A stretch of 64,000 nt of DNA, from positions 6,820,001 to 6,884,000 of the forward strand of contig CM120649.1 of NCBI GenBank assembly GCA_051362555.1, given 5' to 3'. Shown here one piece after another: positions 47,801 to 61,397 of the stretch (position 1 is its first letter; each line of letters starts with the position of its first letter). The notes under the pieces were generated by a model. That model did no database searches. It was not told the DNA's origin and was given only the letters and a program-made list of their open reading frames with translations. A program made the translations under genes and the position numbers. The DNA is from Lingula anatina. Lineage: Eukaryota > Animalia > Brachiopoda.

Positions 47801-50800
47801 ACTAGATGTTTTCATGTAATTTTGGAGTGTTAAATAATTATAAGGATTATAACCACAAACATAGTGATGGGCACCTAACATTAATTATTGTGATGAAAAA
47901 TAAGAATATGTTCATTTTTGAAAATATGAATGTCTTGTCTGTCTGCCGTATTTCATTTTCAACCCAAAAGACCTTTGATTTATTTGTTATGAAAGGATGA
48001 GTGGGGGGGGGGGGGGGGGGGGGGGGCACACTGGTTTACAAACACTTCAGATAATTATTCTCTCCACCACTCTGCAATCTCTACAGCCAGTGGATAAAAA
48101 TAGTCCAAGACGGCCACTTATTTATCAACACCAGGTCCTGGATCTTTGTGTGCCCTGTTATCTAAAAAGATGGACATGATTACCTCCATTCCCCTCACAC
48201 GACCCTGTGTTGTAAGTGAGAAAAACATGTTTTTATTTGGCTTTCCAAGTCAGAGATGAGTTTTATAAGAATGGCTTGGGCTGAATGCTCAGCTGGGCTG
48301 TGGTACGTAATCTATTTAGTGGATTAGGTTAGGCAGGATGGTTTGTGTTAGAGAGGAGGGGCTAAGTTTGAGGATTTTTGAAGCCAGCACTAGCCAAATG
48401 TAAATATAAATGAATAATAAATAATGGTCAAATATTTGTCATATAGGCAAATTTTATTCGCGCGCGCGCGTGCGTGCGTGCGTGTGTGTGTAGGCGGGTC
48501 CTGTTGCAACTGTCACTGTTCAAGTGAAATACCATGTAGTATTCCATACATGAGCCACCAAACTTGAAAAAAAAAAAAAAACTATGTTGTCATAGGAAGC
48601 TGTTCTTTGATGGTCTGTGAAATCATTATTTGAAGATATACGATTCTCTTGGGAAACATATTTATGCCGTGTATGTTATAATTAATCAAACATATGTTTT
48701 TGTTTAATATCTTGCTTCACAGAGCAAAATGGCAACATTTATAATCAGTTTCAAGGAAGATCCATTTAGAAAAGTCCTTTGGGCAGATCCGGAAAGCAAA
48801 ATACTAATAAAAAAATGGATACCAACTGTGTATATTGTCCCCATACAAATTTAATAGATGTATGACATGCAGTATCAATGGCAAGATGCTGTAACACTCA
48901 AAATACATGTTCATATGTTTCAGGTGGAGGCAACAGTCTTGATGTGTAATTTAAAAGGGGTTGTTGGTGGGTTTACATTTGGTTCAAAGAATGTGCATGG
49001 TTGTGGTAATGATAAGTGCATTGTTATGTTAGGCTTGATGGGTACTTATGTACATCATTAAATGAAGAAGTAAAGGTCTGTGTGTTTAGTTACCTGCTTT
49101 TTCATAGCTGTTAGTTTAAAGACTAGCATAATGAAGGGAAATTCAGATAGAAAGAAAAAGAGGTCATGGGGATGGTGGTAAAAAGGAAGGGAGGGAGGAG
49201 ATTTGTGAGAGGAAAGAAGTGAGAGAAGGGAGAAGAGATTTAGGGTGCACATGTCTGTGTGTCTATGTGCATACGTGCGCCCATGTGTGTTCGTGTGTGT
49301 GTGTGTATGTGTGTATCTGCATCATGTCACTGGTGTTTAGTTGCTGATGGATGTTAAAACCTCAATTCCCACGTAAATGATGTACAAATGAATGACACTT
49401 TACATATATATAACTAACCATTGCATAATTTTACATACTTGACCTGGAATTGTTGGGAAAGAAGTGGACCTAATGGAACATCACTAGAGATTTAATATGG
49501 TTGGGTGGAGTTGTTTTTGTTGGAACAAAATGTGTCTTAAATACTAAGTGGTCCCCTTGGGAACGTGGAAGTCTGTTTTTGTGAAATTTCTATCTACAGG
49601 AAAATGACTTAGATTTGCTTGGCTGATTTTTCTTTCACTTCAAGTAGGCCCTCAGTTGTGTAAGAATAGTTATTTTTTGAGTGATTAGCAGAATATTTGT
49701 CTTTAAAAATGAGTTTTCAGAGTGGGAAAATGAAATGAAATAAATAAATATTTGAACAAATAAAAAAGAAAAGCCATTAGAAAATTGAATATATTTAGCA
49801 AAGTGATCACCTTTTCAAGCCATTTTATTTTGAATCGTTCTTAGGGGAAATCATTTGCTGCTTGTTACACTAAAGACAAAAAGAAAAAAAGGAGACAATA
49901 TGGCCTTGTGTAAACTGGTTTAGGATAAGGAGGCTTTTGTTAATTATCGTAAGATAAGAGGTGCGTAGGAGGGAAGAGATCTGCTTAGGATTGGGTAAAT
50001 TTTCTCAGCTGATGCTCTGTGCTCTATTTAAAGGCTATTTCTTTGGAAGATGAGAAAGCAAGGATGGTAATTTTTTGTGTTATTATTTCCTGGTTATGTT
50101 GCAACGTAATAAAGAATGATATTCTGAACAACAGTAGTTTCATGAGATTTCTTTCTTGTGCTCACTTCTGAGAGGATGTTCTTGTCGGAAAATGTCAATA
50201 TTTCACTAAAGGATTACTTGGGGAATCTTGATTCTATTACTGACTCATTGCTTTTTTTTTTCACTGCACGTGTAGTGCTGTAATCACTTCTGACGTAATC
50301 TCTGTAGGTAATTGTACAACAAGAGACGGAAAATTCTTTATTTTTTTTTCTTAATCAGTGCTGGATTAAGCAGCTTTGGCAAGGAAGTCTGCCAAATGTC
50401 GATAATTGCGTGAGGACTCCATGCAAGCTACCCCTGGAATATACTTTTCAAGCAGAAGGAGCTTGAATACGTCTTGAGCAAATGTTTATGGGACAGACGT
50501 GATGTGCCAAGTTTAGGATGTTAAATTATACTCACCATTTGTTACACATCGCTGGATTTTTACAGTAATATCTGGGTGAAGTGATCTCTCACATATATTG
50601 GTGCAACTCTACCAGAGGATATTGGCCCAGAAAGTGCTTAAAGAGCTAATAAAAGTTATTTATTGCTCATGATCATTTCTAGACTATATGGTACTAGGAC
50701 TATCATATAGGAATAATTTATCAGACTGAGAGTACATTTGTACTTAATGGAGAGGAGTTTTCGTCCATGCATTGCTCAGTTATGAGATTTTTCTGACTAT

Positions 50801-52620
50801 CGGCAGATTTCCGACTTTTGGGGAGCCAAAAATATCATATGTTGGGATCGATGCAAAGGGACCCGTGGAACTCGCGCCATATTTTCAGACTTAATCACTA
50901 ATTGGTAATCTCATCCCTGCCCATTGAAGGTTCATAAGAAAGTCTTGAAAAATCACAATTTTAGGTGAAGGTGTTAGGACTTGGAAGAAAGAACTCAAGC
51001 ACTTGTTTTATCAGAGAATACATATTAACCACTTAAAGGAGCTGAAGCACTTCCTCTTACTGAACATCACAACCAAAAGATATTCAGAATGGAAAGAAAC
51101 TGTCACATTTTGACTTGAGTTTTCTTGTTATCTGAGGATCCCTGAACTGGTTGATTGAATCTTGCCGTCTGTTTGCTGATCTTTGAAGAAAATATCAGTT
51201 TCGTATCCAGAGTTGCTCATGAATTAACTCAACTTCAGCAAGGATGAATTCCCCCTGGTGGCTGCTTACTGAGACTTCTTCTCAATATCATTATAGACAA
51301 GGATCCGTCCTACACCTGGTTACCCTTTCTACTTACTAGAGCAGGAACTAATAATAGCTAAAGCTAAAAACTACATTAGGACATATATATAGTGCCTTTG
51401 AAAAACCGGCTAACAGGGAAGTGTGCCTTGTCATACAAATAGACAGATTTTGGGGGGTAGATGTTGCAGCATAGGAAGGATAACATGATATAGGGTGACA
51501 AGAGATTGAACAGAGAGTGGATCCAAAACCAAACATAAAGTACATGTTTAAGACGCAGGGCTGGTGGTCTGACGTCAGGTGTTGTACAGGTAGTCGGTGC
51601 ATCAGAGTTGAGTTCTCCATCTTGTCTGACAGGGAGAACAGGAGAACAGGAGAAGAAGGTGAGGACTTGTGTGAGTATAAATTTTCAGGCAGCCAGCTCA
51701 CGGCAGGGTGTGAACATTAGTATGGGATTTTTTTTTTTGGAGGAGGGGGGGGGGGGGAGGGAGTTGTACTGTGACTGAGATACCTCACTTCAAGGTAGCC
51801 AATATTTTTTTTCTAGATTTCTTATTCAGAGTAGTGGAATTGAATTACAGCAGAAAAGGGAGGGAGAGATTTGGTAAAAACAATGATGAATAAGTAAAAT
51901 GTAATAAATTGAAGAGGAATCTTAATACGCACTGGACTAAAGCTGTTTCAATTTGGAAATAAAGAATAGTTTACAGACTATCATTCTTATACTAAAAAAA
52001 AAAAGAATTTGTGCAAAATAACAGATTTGATAACAAAAAAAAAAAAAGATAAACGAATGATGATGATAATTTATGCAATTTGAAATCAAACCGTCTATCA
52101 CCGTGTATAACCCCAATATATTTTCCCACCACAGAGCGTGACTGGCAACGTAAGCAGTAAGGGAAGAGAAATAAATATAACCATTGACTGGTGAATAGCA
52201 GCGAGACTAAGATTAGCACAGGAGAATAACAAGACTGATCTATCGACGTATCACGGCCTGTGGCTTGTAGGTAACTGGTCTCTCGCTGGGAAAAGCAAAA
52301 GTACCTCACGTGCAGATGTAACCCGTGCACGAGATAGCCCGTAGTGAACATGCAGGGAGATCCGTAGCTGTATCAGTGGGATGAACTCTTTTATGGCTGG
52401 TTGATAGGTGAAAGACAGGACTTGAAGCTGTTATAGACAGAACTTGAAGACACTAGAAGGAACTACAGGTGGACAGGAAAGTCATGGAGGGGTAGCCTCT
52501 ATCTCTTTTAGGAAACTTTATGTTGAATATTTATATGTAGCATAGAAGTTTGTCTGGAGTTCAGATTGGCTATCATCTCTGCCCAGTTTGTGCTTCAGTG
52601 CACTATCTGGTTTACTCAGG

Positions 52621-52895
52621 GCAAGATTCCAGGGAGGAAAATATTGATTTCCAAGATTCGGCAGTTCCCCCTCTAAATCAAAAGAGCGCTTCGCACATGC
52701 ATCAGTTTTAAGCCAATGACACACTTCATTTCATTGTTCATACGTGTTGTTATCTCTGTTTGATTTGCCTTTGAGTGCAGCGACTGAGGAATCGAGGACA
52801 AATTTCAGGGGAGGCAAAATATTGATTCCGGGATTGGGCAATGCACTGCTGAAAATAGATCATTTCACACGTGCATCAATATCGAGCCAATGATA
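52621..52895 (+). promoter_or_regulatory. Tandemly duplicated E-box + CCAAT module (candidate alternative promoter)
   Basis: Two ~100-bp related copies ~175 bp apart: GGGAGG(C)AAAATATTGATT..CACATG/CACGTG CATCA..AGCCAATGA (CCAAT at 52713 and 52887). Confidence 0.5.
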
Positions 52896-53845
52896 TCATG
52901 TACCATGTTGTCTGATCAAGCCGTAATCATAATAACACAAAGCACTTCAAACCAAACCGAACTGGTTATCAGCAGAGCAGATCTCTGGTAATAAGGAGTT
53001 GTGGATCTAGTTCATTAGATCATCCAAAACACTGGGAGGTGTCTGTATATTGAGTGGAAGCTTAGTGTATCAGCCCATTGACTAACAGTAGGAGGTTCGA
53101 GCTTATTGGGTATGGTTGCCAAATTGAATGAAACGAGCCCAGACACTAACGTATTGACTTTATGATGAGACCGGGCAAAGCTGGAAACTGCACCCAAACT
53201 TGGCAGGAACATTTTTGGAAAAGGATTGCAAGTGAAGTTGGAAGTTTAAAAGCACTGGTTATACAATGAACGCCAATATTTTGACTCAATGAAGCAAAGA
53301 TTTGAACACCTGTTTTGGCAGACTCTAAAATGAAAGTTTGTTAAGTTTTGTTTTAGGAACGGTTCTATTGAACTTGTTACGCAAATGTTCTTAAACTTAG
53401 GGAAGCTTTTTTTTTAAAAAAAGAACCGATTGCTGGGTCTGTAACCTTACACCACAGCTGATTAGTCTATGACAATCTGGAAACCATTGCTTCCAGCCAA
53501 AGGAAACAAGTTCCAATGGAAGGTTTTATAAACATTATTAAAGAAAACCACATAATTACGTTTGTATGAAAGCAAGAAACTGGCTTGTTGGCAGCTTTTG
53601 AGTGCAAGTGCAAAGGGACTCAAACTGGGAAGTACTTAGTTCCTCGACTTCACTTTTTCAAGAAGCAGTTCAGAAAGAAGGTACCCAGTTGTTGACCGTT
53701 GACCATTTCACATTTTGAAGAAGAGGCCAGAAAAGAGCATCTGTCCAACGGAAACTTGGCTTCTTTTTGCTAATTTTGCATTAATGAGAAGCAATTCAGA
53801 AAAAGGAAGTCTGCCCATTCAAAATCAGATTATCGCCGCTTTGTT

Positions 53846-54036
53846 ATGTCCATTACCATGGCCTCATTTGCATTCGATGATTCGTTGACGGTAACACAAA
53901 CCCGCCAGACTTCGATACAGGGGCGTTCACTATCCGTCCCCTCTACCCCGACCCTCAACAAGGGACTTGCTAAATATGGAGAGTGCCAAGAGGACATCTT
54001 GTTTGCCGCATACTTGATGATAAAGTCTCTTGTATG
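53846..54036 (+). CDS. Candidate alternative first coding exon of the TSC22 gene (MSITMASFAFDDSLTVTQTRQTSIQGRSLSVPSTPTLNKGLAKYGECQEDILFAAYLMIKSLV)
   Basis: GC-richer than its flanks, 63 codons + 2 nt, phase-2 donor GTATG|GTAAGA. The second ATG has an ACCATGG context. Confidence 0.65.
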
Positions 54037-54521
54037 GTAAGAATGTGTTCCATTACTATGTACTGTCAGTAACTCAGCAGATTCCTTGAAATTGGCGTGT
54101 TCTGAAAAATATGTATGCTTGTTCTTGTGCTGGTTTTTGCTTTCAAAATATATGTGCTCTTACTTTCTGAAGATGAGATGTAATTAATGCTGCTTTATTC
54201 ATCACTTTTATTATTAAGACATTAGAATTGTTCATATGCAATTTCTGTGAAATGTTGGACAGAAAAATTGAATATGCACATTGTGATACTGTGCAATCAG
54301 TTCTATCATAAGTGATAGGTGGGGCTCCTTGTTTGTTTCATAGAAAATAAATAAGGTGCTATGTTCTTTACATTGAATACAAATGAGGTATTGTTTAAAT
54401 TGTGTGACTCTGATACAACATGGGGAAGAAAATGTGACTGGACTGACCTTGGTTTATGCGGGTGTGTAAATATAACAATTATTTATAAATTTATATTGAA
54501 AAAGCGAGAGAACTTGACAGA

Positions 54522-54622
<101 letters not shown>

Positions 54623-55931
54623 AAAGCAATAAGGTGTGACTTCATTTCTAGCTATTAAAATTCAGCATACCACCTCCTGGCTAATTATAGAAAGGTTCTA
54701 GTCCTTTAACTGTGGCAGGAAGACATTAGTTTTTTCATCAATGGCTCCAGTGTTCACTACAGTATAAATTGACATAGGCGTCCTTTAACTGGGTGTTCTC
54801 GTCTATGAAATCAAATCTAAGCCAATTCATCACATGGGCCTTGCCATATACTAATCTATTGTCTTTCGTTCTTGCTACAAAATCAATAATTTTCTGGGCT
54901 GTCTACAAGATGTGTAGGTAAATGGATCTAAATAAAGCACATATTGCCTGCAGCTTTTTATAAATTTTTTTCTTTTTGAATTTTTTTTTCTCTGTTGATA
55001 ACATTGTGAGTGTTTTATTTTAGGTGTACAAGGTATGCAGTGCTGTGGATAAACATGTTTTTATCTAAAGTAAATGTATTAGATAATCCTGTGGTCAGCG
55101 TGGTCTCTTTTAGAGTGACCAGCATGGTGCTGTGTTTTCCCCTTTTATTTTGAGTACCAGAGAAGTTCACAGATCTTAAGTTTTCTTAAGCTTTTCATTT
55201 TTTTTCTTTTTTTTTTTTTTTATGGTTCACCCAAATTCTCTATGGGTGTTCAAAAAACCCTGTCCCAACTTCCTAAATTTCCTACCTGTGACGACACACT
55301 TCCCTGAATGTTTTCGTCATTTTCATTGGCTTAAAAGTACATCTGCCCTCATTAGCAGGTGCTTGTTTGTGTGGTCAGTAATGTCGTTAATGTGGTCAGT
55401 AACTTGTGACCAGTGGTTAAGAATGTACCAAGATAGAAAAGGGTGCTGCTATGTCGGATGTTGGGCTAACTCAGTAATTTAAAAAAAAAAATGGGGAAAC
55501 TTTCTGAATAAAAAGTGGACCTGTGTACTTCCTTAGTTGACCCATCTTGAGAAATGGCATAAAACCAATTTTTATTGAGAATGGGTCTTTTATAGCCAAA
55601 GGGAAGAGCAGTTCTTTTTTACCCCGACCTACCCCCCCAACCTGACTATGGGTCTCATGCCATAAACCTCCCCCTCCCTGCCCAAGTCTGCTCACTTATG
55701 ATATCTGCCTTCCCCCCCCCCCCTCCCCCTCCCCCCCCTCCCCCCACCTTGGACAATGCCCAGTGGGGAGATTTTTGGTGCATGTATAGAAATAATTGTA
55801 ATTGATTATAAGTAAGTGGCTGGAGAGAAGTTGAGGTGAAGTCAGAGGATGTAAAACATGGCTGTGAAATTAACCGCACTATTAAACCAGGTGGTTTGTA
55901 TCATGTAGGCCATATGGTGGCTTGTGTTGTG

Positions 55932-55937
<6 letters not shown>

Positions 55938-55977
<40 letters not shown>

Positions 55978-56025
55978 AGAAGAAGAAGAAGAAGGAATAG
56001 AAGAAGAGAGAGAGGGAGGAGAAAA

Positions 56026-56095
<70 letters not shown>
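55938..56095. repeat. Compound (AG)n/(GAA)n/(TA)n microsatellite
   Basis: Read directly from the sequence. Confidence 0.95.
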
Positions 56096-56098
<3 letters not shown>

Positions 56099-57511
56099 AG
56101 AGAGGAAGAGAAGAGGCATCATTTGAAAGAGATTCCTTAAGTGGGATTTCTCAAAAATTGAACAATCTGTATTGATCTGTGAAGACTTTTTTAATGGATC
56201 CAGTGATAACAATCCCTGTCCTTACAATTTTTTTTTTCAATTTTGACCACCATGAAATATTAGCTTTTAATTCATCAGTTTAACATTCATTTTTCTCAAT
56301 TTGGCAAAGGTCAACTCTAAAGCAAGTATGAGCTCAGATAAATCTTGAATTTAGCATCGATTTCACTATGAGCTTTGATCATTGCAGAATTCAAAGTTGG
56401 CTGTCAAGGTTTTCATTATGTTCAGTTAGCCATACTTACTTTTTTTCCTCACCTTGAGGTGTGTTGAAAGGGAAGCAAGGTCGTGGCATCTGTATCTGTT
56501 ATAGACATAGCTTTTTAAAAGGCCACTGCGAGAGGGACGTAATGCTGATTACCTAGATGATATTTAGGAAGTAGCCGAAACATTTTTTAAAAAACCTGTG
56601 ATGTCCAAACCCAGGGTTACTTCTCGGTAAGATTGTTTTTGGTTGGTTGGTTTGTGTATTTGTTTATTGGTTAATTAAGTAGTTACTTTTTCCATTCGTT
56701 CAACTTTAATTTTTTTCTTATGCACACTATTAAATCAATGATTGGTTTATTCAGAGTCAATTCTGTTATAATTTCAAGGGCTGTAGATTTTCACAAATGA
56801 ACTTTCTCCAAAGAAAATTGGTCTAAACTTTTCTGAAACATAAGCTATATCTTACTTGTTATAAAACAGACACAATATTCCATTTGATAAGGCTTATACC
56901 ATTTTTTTCTTTGATCAAAGTTGACTGAAATTTTGGTTTTAAAGTTTAAAGCAGTTGTAGGCCGACATTCTCATGCTCATAGCCAGCAATTTCAAGGGGG
57001 GGGGGGGGGGGGGGGGGGGGGGCTTTTTCAAAAAATGTAGACCTTTTACCATATAACTTTTATGTACCAAGTTCAAATTTGGTCCAAAGTGGACCTTTTC
57101 CTGGCATAAAGGACAGTTCCTTCCACCACTACCCCCCCCCCCCCCCCTCCCCCCCCTCCCCCCCCCCCCCCCCCCCCCATTCCCCATAACCTTTACACTG
57201 GCCCCATGTTGGATTACACCTGGTGATCCTGCAATTCACTTTCCTGGGTTACACCTAGATGCTCTTTACCAAGACAACAAGTATGATCTCGATGTCATAT
57301 GCAACATAACTAGGGAATCATTTTTGTCCTGAATTACAGCACAGTGATTTGTTTGGAATGCCTTTGGTTTTTATTGCTGATTAGTTTTGTAACCACCTTT
57401 GTACTAGATGTATCTTAGGGTGTGTTCACAGTGAATCTGTCTTGGCGTTGAGTAGAATGTGGAAAATATTGTGTTTATATAAGTATGTTGGAAAAACGAG
57501 GTGGTGTGTTA

Positions 57512-57726
57512 CACCCCATTTCCAGAGATTAGATCGACCTACTTTAGATCGACCTAACTCCCTAGGGGTTCACGCTAAATAGCTGTCAGCCGGGCGGACA
57601 CGAAAGTTAATTACCCCCTTACAGATTGTAGTAGGTGGGACGGACATTTAAGTCGGATTATCTGAAAGTAATCTAGTGAGACTTCCCGCGGGGATAGATC
57701 GATCTAAAATCTATGGGAATAGAGCC
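57512..57726 (+). mobile_element. MITE family X copy
   Basis: TTA|CACCCCATTTCCAGAGATT...CTATGGGAATAGAGCC|TTA; matches 8095-8308. Confidence 0.87.
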
Positions 57727-57729
57727 TTA

Positions 57730-58007
57730 GACTGCTTTCCTATAACCTTATCGTAATAGCAATATTGATCTATCTCAGCGGGGATTCTTGCACAGTCAGT
57801 GAAATCAGCTTAATTGTCTGGCACGCCCCCCTTGCAAAGTGACATGGACAACGTGGACCACAGAGTTTTCCCCAACTTTACCCAAGTGCTTTAAGTAACA
57901 ATGTGGCGTGCCAGACATTTAAGCCGCTTAAAATGAATGCAATTTAGTGAGAATCCAGAGGAGTTAGTTTGAACCAGCTAGTAAGATAGGATTATGGGAA
58001 TGGGGGT
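57730..58007. mobile_element. Related Harbinger-type MITE abutting the previous one
   Basis: TTA|GACTGCTTTCCTATAACC...GGATTATGGGAATGGGGGT|TTA. It shares the TTA at 57727-57729 and has an internal inverted pair TGTCTGGCACGCC / GGCGTGCCAGACA. Confidence 0.6.
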
Positions 58008-58747
58008 TTAGTCTGTTTCTCTGATTGCTTTCAGTGAGAGAAGTTAGTGCACAGTAACTAGTATGACCGTGAATGTTCCTATAGACCTTTGATGTGAGGA
58101 AGTTGATTGCACAGTTTTACTTCAACACTATCGAATACTGGATTTTGCTGGTTGCAGATGATGATGTGTGTGTGGACAAGGAGGGGGGGGGATGGGGGGG
58201 GGGGGCTCAAGGACAAAAGGAAATTGCCTCACTTCACTTGGCTAATATAAAATAGTAGAAGAGGACAATTCTACCACAATATGCTGGACACGGGGAAAGA
58301 AAAATGCTTATATTAGTTATATGTTGTTGAGGCGAGAAGAGGTGGTACCTTTAAAGGGAAAGAAGGCACGTGACCATAGCGGAATATTAAAGGGTTATTT
58401 TATTTGGCTCATTGGTGTTTTATATTCTTGGAAAAGCCATACAAATTACAAGTACTGCTCAATACTTGTTGTTGCCTTATATGACACCCTGTATCTACGT
58501 GCTCTGTGTGTGACCATAGGCAAAGCTATAAAAAAGTTTATAGTTATTGGATCAGTCCCATGTATCGGATATCATGACCTGAAATGTCACAGAATGGCAG
58601 ACTTCATTGCTATTTTTAATCTCCTGTGTCGAATTCAACAAACATAATGACACTACAAATGGCTATTGTTTTTTGTTTTTTTTTTCAGAGATCTTTTAAG
58701 TGAAATGGTGTTTGAATTTTGTCTGTGAGACAGGTTTCTTATACCCT

Positions 58748-58778
<31 letters not shown>

Positions 58779-61293
58779 TATATTCCAGTTTGATGCCAGC
58801 TGGTAGTTTTTATGTGACATTTGCCTTGTATCTTATTTTCCTAACATCCCAAATTTCTTAAAGATAATCATGACAGCCATTGGTTTGTTTTTAACTGATG
58901 ACAAAATAAATAACTAGATGTAACAGTGTCAAGTGCCTGGTTGACAGCTTATGGGTAATTACTTTTTTGGGACAAAAACAGTTTTGAAGTATTCATAAAA
59001 ATTGTTTTTGTACTTCACCTAAGAATACGAAAAACGGTGAAATGTCAACTGTCATTTTTGAGGTTAAGAAAATTGGTAGCAGTGTAGAGTGTTAATGGGA
59101 TTATATTAATCAAATATCTCATTTGTATGCAGTCAGCAAAACAACCGGGAAACAGTATAGGAAAAACTTACCTGTAGCAAGAAGAAAATCTAAATGCTAG
59201 TTTGTCACTTTAAAAATACATATGTACTTGTCCCATTTATTTTTTAGTTGTGCACTTTAGTAACCCCCATTGAAATTCTACAATATGCACTTAGTGGTCA
59301 GTATGTTAAAATAAATGGGAGATTTATATGAATAAATCAGGTACTTTGCACCCCTTAAGCAATTCAACAGTGCAGCTTTAATTTACAGACAGGTAGTCCC
59401 CTGCATAACACTTCAGTACAATTCCGTCTATCATCACACTAGTCTTATGTCATTATTTCTCCGACACTGGTATTGTGACAAAGACATGCTTGTATTGTGT
59501 TGGGTAAAAACAAGATCGGCATTTTGACCTCTCCTATCCCCTTCCCTTCTCTGGTCGTTTGTTTGTGTGTGTGAATACGGTAATTGCTTGAAATTTTCAA
59601 ACTCCTCACTCAATTTTCTCGTTTTCAAGATTTATCATTTAGTTAATCCCAAAAACTTAATCTCTGGCTTGAAGCCAACTTGCTACTCAGAACTATTGAA
59701 TCAGCATTTTCATGTGTTACTTACGTAAGTTTGTTTTGGAGAATGTCATCAATTTATTTGGTTTGAATTTAACAAATAATCGCCGTATATATATATGTAT
59801 ATCATCCTACCTCTCACAGTTGGAATGCTGTACTAGTTCAGTTGGGGAGCACACACATGCTAGTTTCACACCTCGGATTATGGCGTCAAAACTGGGCCAG
59901 ACCAGACCCATCCCCAAAACAGTTCATCAGGAAGGACTAGTAAAAAATTTGCTGTGTGTACATGACTTAAAAGACGCCAATTTATAGGGTCGTGAACTCT
60001 AACAGTGAATTCGGGTCAAAGTAAACATTCGAGGACAATAGCTCTAATGTATGCAGTGGCCAGAGGAAACTGATTGTAAAATTACAGGGGGGGACAGCGA
60101 CGGGATTATTGTTATCAGGGACAGCGTTATCAGTGATGGAAGGCACTGCTTTGTGTTATAATTACAATGTGGCGTAATACACATATCTAAATGACTGGCT
60201 CAACTTTGGGTGAAGTTGACTCCTGCTAAGTGTGTGTTCTCTTTAAGGGGACAGAGAGGACAGAGAGACAAATATCAGCTAGGAGAAATTTTAGGGGGGG
60301 AAAAAAAGAGAGAATCGATCTACTATCTGGATAAGGGAAAATTGTATGGATGCTTATCTGGGATGTGTTAACTGCAAGGCGATTGAAAACAGTTTTGAGG
60401 AAGAATTGTTTTGAAAATAGGACAGTGATTGTTTTGAAATATGACAGCGTGACATTTGCACATGATTTTTGCAGTGTGAACTTTGTTAACTTGGTGAGAA
60501 GATTGTAGGATAAAATCCAATTTATCAAAGAGTAAAAGCATATCAGGAAAGACACATTCAAAGCATTTTATTTTAAAATTTGGAGTTTTTGATATTCATA
60601 TGTTAGACGAATGCAGGTTTATCAGGATAGCAGTACTGGAGTTGCAGCAGAAAAACTGGACATGTGACAGACTTTATCAGCAGACTTTATTGAAGAGCAA
60701 CTTTTGGATTTATTGAGTCCTCTCAGGATAACAGTGTTTTCTAGTTGGTGGGGTTAAAGCAGCAGTTTGGGAATTAGCCAGCTGGTTTCACATCTCTTCG
60801 ACAATTGCATATCGAAATGTATAACACTTCATAAAAGACGGGGAACAAGTCCACAAGTTATAAACAGAGGTCAGGAAGTTCCACGTGTTAGGAATATTTT
60901 CTGTCCTCAAAGCATCATGTTGCATGACTGCCAAAAAAAAAAAAAATCTTCGGTTTTTGTTTTAGAGGCACTTAACTGAAGTAGCTCTAGTTAAGATAAG
61001 CCAACTGCTGGTTTTATGTGCTAACTTACCACAGTGACTATACTTCTATCATACTGCAGAGTATAAAGTTGTAGAAGGCAGAGAGGGCATAGATTTAACA
61101 GGAAAAAAATTGAAATCCTGCATGTGCAAGAAATATTTCAAGGCCTCCCAGCTTTGAAATGTTATGTAGATTTAGTATTTGACAGTAACAGAAGCCTGCT
61201 GTTGATTTTGATATCAAGATTCTTCCTAGAGCTTGTAGTGCTCCTACTGTTTGGTCACTGGGCGAGAAGGACACCAGTGTTACTCCGCACCAA

Positions 61294-61397
61294 ATGTCCG
61301 TCATGGAGAAAAAGTACAAGTTCAACTGGCGCAGGCACCACAGTGCGCCGCCGAGGTTTTACAAGGAAACTCTGCACGAGGAGGATAACAATGGCAG
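61294..61397 (+). CDS. Candidate alternative first coding exon of the TSC22 gene (MSVMEKKYKFNWRRHHSAPPRFYKETLHEEDNNG)
   Basis: GC-rich island with a phase-2 donor GGCAG|GTGTGT. The second ATG (61303) has a GTCATGG context. An E-box CACGTG (60882) and TATAAAG (61062) lie upstream. Confidence 0.55.
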
